Positions 51,804-63,595 of a stretch of DNA of 64,000 nucleotides are shown piece by piece. The stretch spans positions 2,232,001 to 2,296,000 of the forward strand of contig CM120649.1 in NCBI GenBank assembly GCA_051362555.1. The letters run 5' to 3'. The stretch comes from Lingula anatina (lineage: Eukaryota; Animalia; Brachiopoda). Each line of letters starts with the position of its first letter. Position 1 is the stretch's first letter. The notes below the pieces were generated by a model. It was not told where the DNA came from. It saw only the letters and a program-made list of their open reading frames with translations, and searched no databases. A program made the translations under genes and the position numbers.

Positions 51804-52589
51804 CTGCCACGGGGGGAGCTATGAAGAACCCAATGCCATCCAGCAACATGGCGTATCCATAGGCACTGCTCAGAGAGGCCACGTCCATCAGGCGGACGAT
51901 CATCGGCGCCATGAGGACGACAAAACACGTGATATACACCCCAAACCCGGCCGCAAACAGAACCTGGGTGATGTACGAACCAATCAGCAACGGCGTTGAG
52001 AACGCAAAGAGGGCGCTGTACCCCAGGGAGACAAAGAGCATCACCAAGGGGTCAACAACCTTTGGGTCGTTGGCTGCTGCTCCTGTCAGGAGACAACTAA
52101 ACAGGCTGCTGGCACCCCATATTGACACCAGGGTGGACGCCTGGAATTCCGTCGCTCCGCCCTGTTTGACGGCGTATGCGTTAACGTGAACGTTGACAAT
52201 GGCAAGTCCCATCGAACGTAAAAACATGGCGCCGACAAGGAGCAAGAAGCCGGCATTTTTAAGTACCTTTAGGTCAAGAAACCTGAGGCTCATTTGACAT
52301 TTGACTAAATCCTCCTCCTGGGTTAGAGCTCGCTTCTGTGGTCGCTCTGGTATGATGGGAGGTCGCATGAGGGCGCCACAGACGCAAAACTGAAGGCAGA
52401 AACCGGAAATGACGAACATGGAGCCCCGCCACGTGTAGTAGTCTGTGAGGAGTTGTAATATTGGCGGCAAAATGAACTGTCCAAAGGACAGTCCGGCTGT
52501 GGCTACTCCTAGGGCTAGGGAGCGTCTGTATTCGAAGTATTGTCCAGCGATCACCATTGTGGGCGTGTAGACAAGACCTATTCCTAGAC
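51804..52589 (-). CDS. SLC16/MCT transporter, exon 3 (TM4-TM11)
   Basis: GLGIGLVYTPTMVIAGQYFEYRRSLALGVATAG, YTWRGS, CGALMRP, APPVAG; TTTCAG acceptor and G|GTAAGT donor. Confidence 0.95.
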
Positions 52590-54623
52590 CTGAAAGACAA
52601 ATAAGTTATACATACCCTTTTGAAATATAAATATTTTATATAATGATTCTAATATTATGAGTTTATGGGGAAACAAATCACAATTTAGGATTCAAAATAC
52701 CATCAGACAAAAAATTGACAAAATTCATAATTTAAAAGAAGGTTATAAAATCAAAATTTAATAAATAACAACGAAAAGCTTTTTAACGTTTCCAGATGAT
52801 ATTTTACATTGGTTAGTTCTTACTTTAATGTGTTAAAAATGGATTACGGTTTTGTAGGTGTGACAAGAAACATAGTGCTAGAAATGCAAGGCCGGGGTCC
52901 CATATGATAAGTTCAGCTCATGGTTAACCGGAGTTGCAGAGTTCAGTACATAGGACACAAATCCTGTACAACTTAATGATATGGGAAACAGTTCCTTTAG
53001 CGGACTACCATTTTTGTCACACCTGACATACTTATGCAATTCCAGAATTAAACTATTTCTCAACTATTTGTCAATCAGCAGGTCAAGTCATATATGTGAA
53101 AAGCAACGAAATTGAAAATTGAGTTCTATCCACCATACAGCACAACCGCTATGTTATCAAAAACATAGTATTGGCAATACGGGGCTATTGAGAGTACTAA
53201 GGGATCATTACCAATAACACTATTGGCCTACGTAGCTCGATCCAGCTCAGCAGGGACTTGGACTGAGTGCAATAATCCCCTCTTGAAATTAGAATTTGAC
53301 TCGCTGAATCATAGATCTTAACCGTACTAAATGGCACCGTTTGCCCTCCAAAACACCAATTTTTTGTTTCAAGGGGGCGAGGGTCTGCTTTGCATCCAAG
53401 GCCTGTCATTACTAAAAAACAGCCCCCCCCTTCAAATAACCCTTATCTGCCACTGTAACAGACGCCATCAGCTGATCACGACTGATGACACACGACCCAT
53501 GCGTTCCTACATGTAGCATGGGGTTTATCTTTGAAAGTTCTTGTTCGTAGTGGTCAGATGATGCTCACTAGATATCCTGAAAAACGTGGTACATGTCATT
53601 TCAATCTTGCACTAAGTGACTGCGGATGGCCTTGACCTTGACCTATATTCAGAAAAATTGTTCTGTTGATCATGATCTGTGCACAGACTGTACATTTAAC
53701 AACGTATCTCCCCAATTATGTATTTTATCTTCAGCTTTTTATGATTGTGTTTATCAGTGCAACCATGGACGTTTCAAAGCTGTGCACACAAGTGTTCACG
53801 ACAAGAAAACAAACGTCTTTTATTAAATATAGACATAAATTCAAATCGGAGCTCTTGTAATGAAGCTAGATGTTTGATATTTCTCCATATTCACATGGCT
53901 TCAATACCGTACATATATGTAGATATATACTTACAAAAAGGCAAGGGGAACCTCCCCCCCCCCCTTTTTAAAATTAGTGCAATCAGTACAAATCACTTAA
54001 GCGCATAATATTATTGTTAAAAGAAATAGGATGGGTGGCAATTATATTGACGTAATAGATACCCCACCCCCAAAAAAGATGAACTACAGCTACCTGTACT
54101 ATAGACAATTTCAATGATATCAGCTTTAATAAGAACATTTCATTGTGTTCGCTGTACCTGCTAGTACTTTATTTATAATAATGTGGTCACACATGATTGC
54201 AAGGACGGTTGAACGTGTGCTTTTGACTAGTAGCCTCTGACAGGGGGACAAAGCACAGACGCTCGCATGAATATTCTAAATTCAAGAACTGGTTAATGCC
54301 AGCCGTCAAGGACGCTTGGAGATAATAGCAGTGCACGTAACTTAGTGCAAGGCTGCAGACAATACGTGACGAAATCATCGAGTGCAGTTTAGCTGCAGGC
54401 CAGTGTCATATCTGTGTGTTTGAGTCTCTTGTAAGTATACAAGACCGACAAGCTCACGGAGATACTGGGAGTTACCAGGTGCATCCGATCATTACGCAAG
54501 TTTGCGTCGACGTTCTCTGCGTAGAGAAACTAATTCATGAGGAGATTTCTTAACATGAAGACGAGTCAACGTCCCCATTTGAATAGGTTCATTTTTACCA
54601 AAATATATAAGGCAGTACAGAGT

Positions 54624-54825
54624 AGGGCCTCTTTCCAATATACACAATATCGGTCTACGTAGATTGATCCAGTTCCGCGGAGACTCTCGCTGAATGCAGA
54701 AAAAAAAACAGTAATTATACGAATACGTGGGAAACAAGAGCTGAGTAATTCATTTAAGCTGGTGGCACTCAGCGACAGTCCCCGAAAGGTTGGATCTGCG
54801 TAGACCAATGGTGTCTATGGGAATT
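54624..54825. mobile_element. 'GATCGATC' family MITE (diverged)
   Basis: CGGTCTACGTAGATTGATCCAGTTCCGCGGAGACTCTCGCTGAATGCA ... TAGACCAATGGTGTCTATGGGAAT. Confidence 0.7.
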
Positions 54826-55438
54826 ATTTCTGAGCCCCGTATAACTGCAAAAGAGAGTATCTCTCCTTCACATTCACACCTGCATTGTGTCACGGTCTTT
54901 CCACGAAAATGGGAAATGCACTTATCAAGCAGACAATAATGGCCTTGGGTAGTGTATACGGTGTTACAAGCTGTCTGCGTGATTGTGATCGTATTACTTC
55001 AAGGACATACGTGTGTGTGTGCACTCTGTGTGCTGTTCGTGGCCTATTTATAACCTGTCTCGATTTTCGATTACTGGACATATTTGTCCGTCTGTAAAAT
55101 CGTTATAATAAAGCAGACTTATCAGACAAAGGTACACGCCCACTTTGATAAAAACTAAAATGAATATTAATAAAACACGCATTACACAAATCTATTTATC
55201 AGATAAGAAACATAAAAGAGAGAAAGAGAGAGAAATCCCCGAATTTAAAACATTAACATTTTGAATTATGCTGATACGCATGATCACACGGAATAGACCA
55301 TAGAATATTAACAAAAAATAACATAAAAAGAAAAAAATATCATAAATATTACATTTTGACATTCAAAAATATTTTCAGGCCACGTGCTATTCAAAATCCA
55401 TCCACGCGAACACAACGTGACAAGCAGTGACAACTCAC

Positions 55439-55582
55439 CAATCAGAAATCCGTACGTAACCAGCAGGTATTGGATACTGGTGGCGTAGGCACTTATTATG
55501 CATCCGGCCGCGGCTATCACCCCTCCCGCCATCACGCTGACCCTGCAGCTCAACTGGTTAGCTATCACACTGGCTAGAGGAC
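55439..55582 (-). CDS. SLC16/MCT transporter, exon 2
   Basis: TTCCAG| GPLASVIANQLSCRVSVMAGGVIAAAGCIISAYATSIQYLLVTYGFLIG |GTGAGT; 144 nt, phase 1/1. Confidence 0.93.
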
Positions 55583-55668
55583 CTGGAAGGACACAGGACA
55601 TTTTGTTTAAAGTTGGCTATCACACTGGCTAGAGGACCTGGAAGACAACGGGCATTTTGTTTAAAGTT
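55561..55668. repeat. 55-bp tandem duplication spanning the MCT exon-2 acceptor
   Basis: GCTATCACACTGGCTAGAGGACCTGGAAG...CATTTTGTTTAAAGTT present twice. Confidence 0.9.
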
Positions 55669-56428
55669 CGTGCTACACCGGACTTACTATCTCTCAGAGA
55701 AGGAATTTTGCCCACTTTAACATAATTTAAGTTGGGGCTTTGTCAATATATGATAGTTGACATCAAATTTTATACAGGTATATGAAAACTTTTAGGGTAA
55801 TCAAGAGTTCGAGCAAAAAATGATAAATTTACTTTCCTTCCCTAAGGGATTAATTTCCAAATTACGTACATATATGATTAAAACGCGTTTCTTATGTCTA
55901 AATTCTGGTGAAATGCCTGCATGAGGCTTACCGCTACTGATACGATTGATATGACATTTTTACTGGATTAAAAACCCGAAGAAAAAAACGCGCATGGTGT
56001 TTCACAATTTGTATTAGATTTTATCAGATGTGTTTAACTGGTTGGGAATCAGCTTGCATTCTCCTGCAAACCTAGTTGACAGAGGCAGCAGGTTCTCTTA
56101 CTCGTGATTTTAATTATTCTCGAATACATATTTTCATTATTTAGAAAAATGAAGTTGTGCATTAAGGTGCTGTCCAACCATAGATATATTGTAATTATTG
56201 TCCTTCACAAACATTATGCAACAAAAAAGAAACAATCAAACGTACTTCAACATCGCATCTTTTAATCGATTAAAAAGAGGTCAGCTGGTGACTCAAGCAG
56301 TTCACGATTTTCCCATCGTCACAAGTGTGACATTTTCAATCGCTAGAATATTTTAGATTGCCAAATCGTGCGCAGAGGCTTGCCTTGTCTGAGTCACTAT
56401 TCGCAGTACGCATTGGAGACGAGCTTAA

Positions 56429-56662
56429 GACCCCATTCCCACAGACAACATCAGTATACGTGAATCGATCCAGCTCTGCAGGAACTCTCGGTAACTGCAA
56501 TCAGCTTAATATTCAACTGACACGCCTCCCCTTGGTGCTCGTACGAGTACGTTGAGAACAAGAGTAAGCGTGTCATTCAGTTGATTACACCCAGCAAGGG
56601 TGACAGCAGAGTTGGGTCTTTTCACGTAGACCGATCCATATGATGTTTACGGGAACGGAGTC
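56429..56662. mobile_element. 'GATCGATC' family MITE, TAA TSD
   Basis: TAA|GACCCCATTCCC ... GGGAACGGAGTC|TAA. Confidence 0.75.
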
Positions 56663-57217
56663 TAACTTTAGCGTGAAATAGTTTACATGACGTCATCAGT
56701 CGATTTAATAAGTGGCGTGGGACTCAAAATCTAAAGGAGATATAGTTTCCCCCCTTTATAATACCGATAAGGTCTATGAGTTTGGTGACATAATAAAATT
56801 AAGGGCCATTACACACAAAAAAGTAACTCTGTGAGCTACGTCAGAGATGCACACATTTGTGAAACATTTGCATAAGTGTTTTAAAGCTCATTTTTATTAC
56901 TGTTGATTCCCTTTCCCATTGTAGGTATACAGTGGAGAACAGCAAAAATAATAGGGCACGGCACAAGTATGTAAATATTACACAAAATGTGAGCGAAATG
57001 CAAGTCGTGCAGCCGTAAACTCTCCTCAATGTGCTTATTTTGTTCCTTTAACCTTTAACTTCCTTCAATTGTAAATAAAACAATTGTCTATCTATCGGGA
57101 CATTTAGACTGGTTCGCGTTCATTCAGCTCACGTACCCGTCCTACCTACACTGGTACAAAGTAATGTGTTACAAGAGTCTTGTCAGACCGGTTCTGTAAC
57201 AACAAATTTAAATGTAT

Positions 57218-57463
57218 GGGCTCATTCCCAGTAAAACTTTCGGTTTATGTAGATCGATCCAACTCAGACTTTCGCTGAATGCAACCAGATTTACTGAGTG
57301 ACCAGTCATCTTCCTGGTGCTGAGTAGAACACAGAAAAGCTGGTGATTATACGAGTACGTTGTACACAAGAGGAGGCGTGTTTAGCTCTTAGACTGATTG
57401 CATTCAACAAGAGTCCCCGTCCAGTTGGATCGACTTACGTAGACCGACCGTGGGAATGGGCCC
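57218..57463. mobile_element. 'GATCGATC' family MITE, TAT TSD
   Basis: TAT|GGGCTCATTCCCA ... TGGGAATGGGCCC|TAT. Confidence 0.85.
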
Positions 57464-58606
57464 TATGACTCATTGCAGTCTGTAGGGAATGCTGTTAGCT
57501 ACATGTTATGGCGCGATAAAAAGTTAAACAAAATATATCTGATGATCTTGCCGTTAGATATGTTTCTGCAAAATAAAATGGCGTGGTCGTAATAGGTTGC
57601 GGTATATAAACTACGGATACCGAGCATTTATCTAAATGTAAAGCGCCGAAATGTGTATCAGCCTGTCTTGATAAATGCCAGTTCCGACCTGTCCTGTCCG
57701 GTGTATTAGCGCGGTCGTGTTCACACTGCCGTAATACTGGTCTTTAATTTAAAGCCACTTTTTTATTGTACACACTTTACAGATGATACGTCCTCATCAC
57801 TGACTGTTTTGGTTTTAAACTTGTGCCCGGCTGTTTTGTCTCAGTCCCCCCCACCCCCCCCCCCCCCGCCACACCGAACTCACTACAAAATCTTGATTAA
57901 TATCTGCAAGCCACTATTATATATTAATGTCTGGGAGTCACTTTTGCATACGCTACGAGGGAAAATAAATCTAACGCTGCCCTTGCGAATGCAGTTTTAG
58001 ACATTGCAATCAGATTATTGACATGTGTTTTTCAAATTTCTGCATTTTCTTTTCAGACATTCCCTCTAAAGTAAAGGTTTTCTTATAGGGAAAATCACAT
58101 TCAGGATATGTAAATCAGCGCTGTCGATCAAATCCATACATAGGCAACTAGGGAAAAGGGAAATTGGGCTCCCATAAACGCATTTACTCTTTTTTGTTGG
58201 TTTGTTTTGTAGAACTGCTTCTAGGCGATATTTTATTAGTTTTTATATCACAATTTCCGCGGAATCTCTCTCTCTCTCTCTCTCTTCTTAAAAAACCTAT
58301 AGCAGATTTTACGAAAACGACTAAAGGAAAGCCTATCGACCACCTTATCATCTGCCAACCTGAGCCTCCTTCACCTTAGTCGCCTTAACAAAGCAGCTTA
58401 TAAATGGATCCAGGTTAGCCCGGTTAAGCAGCACTGATGCCTAAAGGATGGAAGGTGCAAAACATCAAGGTCTACACGCAGAGCTCATCTTTATACAAAA
58501 GATTTTTGTCAATGCTTTTTTTACTTGTATTGCTGTCTATAATATTTCATACAAAAATTTACTGTCACTACCCGCAGCACAATATGCAGAATGACATACA
58601 TTCATA

Positions 58607-58843
58607 AGGCTCGTTCCCACTGAACTCCGCAAAGACTGTCGCTTAATGCATCATTTTAACAGATGAACGGAACAAGCTTCAGCCTTAATTGCGTTGGGTA
58701 GGATACAGAAAAACTGGTGATTATACGATTACTTTGGAAACAAGAGGAGGAGTATTAGTCTGTTAAACTGATTGCATTCAGCAAGAGTCCTAGCGGAGTT
58801 GGATCGATCTACGTAAACCGATAGCTTCAATGGGAATGAGCCC
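58607..58843. mobile_element. 'GATCGATC' family MITE, ATA TSD
   Basis: ATA|AGGCTCGTTCCCA ... TGGGAATGAGCCC|ATA. Confidence 0.8.
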
Positions 58844-59106
58844 ATAGTCTGCCCTGCCCGCGTGCGTGAAGTTGGGATGAGATACATGTATGTATAACAA
58901 TATTGCCTGCACAATGATATTTCAAAAGAAAAAACAATTAACGCTGTGGGTCAAAGGGAGCGTTCACAACCAGTTGCCGCGAACTAATTATTCTTCTGAT
59001 TAAACATGTGGTGCACTTGAAGACAAGCCGCATAACCCGTAACAATAATTCAATAAATTCCCCGCTTCCCACTTGCGCCGTCCCAGCAGGGGCGAGGCAA
59101 TAAAAT

Positions 59107-59137
<31 letters not shown>

Positions 59138-59797
59138 TCTGGGTAAACATAGTTCCAAAATATACTAGACGACAAAACAGCAAGTCTCTGCAAAGAAAAC
59201 AACGCCAGTCCTTTTCACATTAGCCGGATTCAAGTATTGCACCGTATGACATGGGTTTTTTCTATGTAACCTAACTGGACTTGATTATTTAACAAGCAAT
59301 AAAAAACCTGTTACTGACGCAATGCTGTCGTGCTTCCGTGTATACTTTCTTTTAGGGCAACTACTGTTGAGATCTAAATACAATGGAAATCATAGCTTGA
59401 GTCATCTATTTAAACTGGTAGAGTTAATTTGGAGATTTATATACCGGTAACCTTACAACCCATCTACCGGTATTGTATAATGTGCTATAAAGATACAGGC
59501 AATCGGCTTTACGTGCAGTATATGCGGTTTGCTGACAGCAACGTCGTGCAATATTGATGTGTTGTGAGCTGAATAGCAGGGAAGCCAGCCAGCATATACA
59601 TATAGCAACCAGTTACAATAGACCAGAAAAATATATTATTGTCTCTAAGGCAGCTCATCGTATCAAAAATTTGCTGTCACTATCGACAGATGCGCAAGCA
59701 AGTATATAAGCACGCAGTCGCACTCACTATCACACGCAATGTTTGAAACTGACTATAGCACATACACGCGCGCACGCATGCAAGCACACATACGGGT

Positions 59798-59798
<1 letters not shown>

Positions 59799-59838
<40 letters not shown>
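59799..59838. repeat. (CA)n microsatellite
   Basis: Direct reading. Confidence 0.95.
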
Positions 59839-59839
<1 letters not shown>

Positions 59840-60220
59840 TTTCCAACGGCTGCATCTGCAACAGATCTCACACAGTCGAGACATTTGCATCTTTCACTCC
59901 AACACTATAAATTCCAAATTTTAACAATATCTGTCCAATTCAGCGGTTGTAATTTAAAGACAGAGTCAAAGGGGTAAGCTACGTGTAGAAGACGTAAAAC
60001 GTAATCAGAATTTTACGATTAAGACATTAATATGTAGGACACTAGTCTCCAAACAGATAAAACAGGAAACATAAAACTTAAACGCCATCAATTAACGCAC
60101 CCACTAGCCAGCAGTACAGAGGGGAGGGGGGGGGGGGAGGGGGAGGGAAGGACGACCGATCAGCGTACGCACATGCGCGCACGGGTACACACATGCAAAG
60201 ACACTAATAAAGACTGGCCT

Positions 60221-60312
60221 AGCAAAAATGCGTTTATTGCGACTCTTGCCATCAAAACAAAGATGTATGCTACATGTACATAAATATTGAATCGGGGTCA
60301 AATGTATTGATT
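60221..60312 (+). repeat. Dispersed direct repeat of about 90 bp, copy 1
   Basis: AGCAAAAATGCGTTT...GACTCTTG.CAT.AAAACAAAGAT.TATGCTACAT...GGGGTCAAATGTATTGATT; also at 61801-61887. Confidence 0.85.
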
Positions 60313-60740
60313 TAACTGTGTAATGCGTAATGTATTGCTGATATTCAATAATAACTGCGGTCATGACCCGAAACCGAGCTCAAGCTCAAGTTGCTGATGG
60401 AGTAGTCGAAACATCTCGAAATGCCTGCGTGTGCACGCTAGTACATGTGTGTGCATGCGTGTAAGAGCGAGCGTGTACCCTCGTCTTTAATGAAGAAATG
60501 CGTGAGAATTACTTGTATTGCTTTCAGTTTTCATTTGTGTGTGTGTGTGTTTGTGCGTGTGTGTGTATTCTTGGTGTACTTTGTTATAAAATCTGCAATT
60601 GCAAGACATGTTTTTCTGATGAACATTTGCAGATAATGCGTGGGTAGGGAAAGACTGGGGGGACAGCTTGCTTCAAAACACATCAGCCTCAGTACGTAAA
60701 TTCGACCTAGCATCCAAACAATTAAAATCCCCTACCCTAC

Positions 60741-61143
60741 CTGACAGGCCTGACACGCTGTTCATCACGGCTCCAAGCATGGACGTCAAGCTGGCACTGT
60801 CCCGAAACTCTTCCTTGAAAGTCACATAATGCACGCCAACAGCGCGCGTTATACCGACGGCAATCAAGTTGGACACGAACGCCGCCACAAGCACGACCCA
60901 AGCCCATCCACGATCAATATCCCGGGGCATGGGTTCGGGAATATCAACAGTCTCGCCACCATAGTCCGTAGTATGTGTCTTTAATGCTATTTCTTCATCG
61001 CTAGGCTGTATAGAATCCCGTCGAACTCGTAAGAAATGTTTGTCCTCTGTTAAACCACTGTGGCCGGGTTCGTGTGCGCTGTTGCGGTGATGTGCAGCGC
61101 TCTCAGCCACAGCTAAGCTTAAAGTTGACCCGACGAATGACAT
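60741..61143 (-). CDS. SLC16/MCT-family monocarboxylate-transporter-like protein, coding exon 1. Full CDS: complement(join(51098-51192,51489-51539,51804-52589,55439-55582,60741-61143)), 492 aa
   Basis: SLC16 signature DRGWAWVVLVAAF (compare DGGWGW) plus TM1-TM2; donor CAG|GTAGGG in phase 1; all five exons join in frame. Confidence 0.92.
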
Positions 61144-61800
61144 CGTGGAAATGCAAAATCCTAGAAGCAGTTCATCACTTTATTATGCTAACTCGAAGTC
61201 CATATCCCTTGTGGAGGCTACTGGGACGTTTTATGCTTTAAGTAAAAGAACAAACCCTTTTCCCTTGTTCCTGGTCGTGATTGGTGGGGAGCACGTGGGG
61301 TGACAGTGGCCTCGTGCATGGAAAGCGATCAGCTGTTCTCGAGTATATAAAGCTCCGTCGTCCTTAGAACTCACTGGCTCGACTGGGCCAAGTTGCCCTA
61401 CCTAATCAGCAGAAGACGCTTGGCCAGACGCAGCTTTACAATCTGTCCTTCATGTTGGATCCACGAAGTCCCCCATGTCTGCAAAATAGAAAGATACAGC
61501 CTTGAAATGCGGTATCGCAGTCAGAAACGTCCTTGGGTTTTCCTGATGATATGACGTTTCAACACAACGTACAATTTATTGACCGAAAGTGTGTCAACAA
61601 GACTGGTTTATTTTTAGACGCCACTCGGCTCAACAGCTGGCAATGAATAGATGTAGGTCGTTGTGCTGGTTGTGACGTTAGATTATAAATACTTACATAG
61701 AGTTACGGGGTGTAATTTTGGTTCCCTCGCCCCAGGACGAAATATTACCGTCTTAGTCTCTAACAGGGTCACAGGTGGTTTTTTTTCACAAGATATTTAC

Positions 61801-61887
61801 AGCAAAAATGCGTTTTTTACGACTCTTGTCATGAAAACAAAGATATATGCTACATAAATATTGAATTCGGGGTCAAATGTATTGATT
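61801..61887 (+). repeat. Dispersed direct repeat of about 90 bp, copy 2
   Basis: Matches 60221-60312. Confidence 0.85.
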
Positions 61888-62103
61888 GCCTATGTCTCTT
61901 GCTAATTCATGACAAATTTTTCTGCTGTGGGAACGTGCCCTGACAGGTAGTTGATACCCTCTACCAGAGCGACAGATTGATTTTCCACGGATATTCACAG
62001 ATATGTCTATAGATAAATAGACAAACATTCTCAAGGCTGATTACATGGCTGGTAATTACTTGCATAACTGCTCAGGTACTGCCACTTAGCAGGTCCAGTC
62101 TAA

Positions 62104-62330
62104 GGGTGCTTTCCCAGAGATTTAGATCGATCTAAAGATTAAGTTTTAGATCGACCTAACTCCCTGGGGGTTCAGGCTAAATTGCAGTCAGCCGAGCGGA
62201 CACCATAGTTAATTGCCCCCTTACAGCTTTTAGTAGGCGGGACAGACGCTTAAGCCGGCCAAGCTGACAGTAAATCTAGTGAGACTCCCCACAGGGATAG
62301 ATCGATCTAAAAATCTATGGAAATGGGGTG
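62104..62330. mobile_element. MITE related to 49740-49939, flanked by TAA
   Basis: TTCCCAGAGATTTAGATCGATCTA ... TAGATCGATCTAAAAATCTATGGAAA inverted arms. Confidence 0.7.
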
Positions 62331-62350
62331 TAAGCAATCAAGAGAGTTAA

Positions 62351-62941
62351 TACCCCGTTCACACTACAATCTGAAATATCCGAATTTTTGCAATGCGAAT
62401 TACGGGTGAAAAATCCGATTCGGTTGTCTGGCCACACACAGCAAAAGGGACACCGAATCGTGCACTGAAAATTCAGGTGGAGGTTCCGGTTTGAAGAATC
62501 GCGCATGCGCAGAATCCATGAGAACAAAAAATGGCGCCAATCATTGCTCTTCTCGCACTCAGTTATTTTTCTCGTGTGTTTGTTTTTAGAACATCAAATT
62601 TAACCCAAAAGTCGTCAAAAGGAAGAATTAAGTAAGAACAGGAAGAATTTGACGGATACAAGAAGGAGACTAGCCGGGTTTCGATGGAGAGTGTGGGTCC
62701 ACTGACCTAGCTGGCATGTTGCTTTTCTTTACCGCGAGATTTGCTAGTGCATGCGCAGTGCGATCTAAACAGGTGGCCCTTCCGGTAAAGTAACCGAATC
62801 GCTGGAGAGAATCCAGCTCGCCAGTAGGATTTTTGGAAACCGGTTTACAAAAATCCTCATGCGTTCAGACTACCGCAATAATTCGAATCTTGACCTAATT
62901 CGCTATTTAACCGGTTAAATGACTGCAGTGTGAACGGGGTA
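62351..62941. mobile_element. About 590-bp non-autonomous TIR element
   Basis: TACCCCGTTCACACT ... AGTGTGAACGGGGTA, a perfect 15-bp inverted pair. Confidence 0.8.
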
Positions 62942-62948
62942 TATATAT

Positions 62949-63172
62949 GACTCCGTTCACATGAAAAATATATTTTCTAAAAATCTATTTTCTATTCGCG
63001 GTATCTTGTGATCACTCCGAGCGCAGCCGAGGATTAATTGCAGCTTTGGAAGTAACTGGCTCGCGCTGCCAGTAATTACGCCGCGGGATATTCAGGGCAC
63101 AGACCGTGATCACAAGATACCGCGATTAGAAAATAGATTTTTAGAGAATAGATTTTTCATGTGAACGAAGCC
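62949..63172. mobile_element. MITE of the 4655-4912 family, asymmetric form
   Basis: Right arm almost identical to about 4790-4912; left arm matches only the outer ~65 bp. Confidence 0.88.
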
Positions 63173-63497
63173 TAATATTGCTCTGACTTTAATCACTTGC
63201 TCTTCTGTGACAGATAATAATAGCCCCTTATGGATAGCTAATTATTACTTCAGAGTGAGGCTAACTGAGAAATCCCCTGTAGTAGCTCTAGAGGTATAAT
63301 TACTGGTGCAGTAAATAATTTTATAAGAAGTACTAAAGCTATCAAAAGAAAGAGTCAATGCACCACTGATAATGATATTATGAATTCAAACTATTGTTGT
63401 ACCACGACCGTACATAGAACATCGACGCTGCACTTCGTAGTCCTACTACCCGCGAACACTGTATCTACAGCATATCATAACTGCGGTAGACGTTTTT

Positions 63498-63547
63498 CAA
63501 AGAGTTTTTTTCTTTTATCTTTTCTTTTTTTTCTTTCTTTCTTTCTT

Positions 63548-63593
<46 letters not shown>
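63498..63593. repeat. (TTTC)n plus long poly-T tract
   Basis: Direct reading. Confidence 0.9.

Positions 63594-63595
<2 letters not shown>

Noticed and set aside
51911-52600. ORFs 51911-52189 (+) and 52274-52600 (-)
   Set aside because: Shadow frames of the MCT exon 3.
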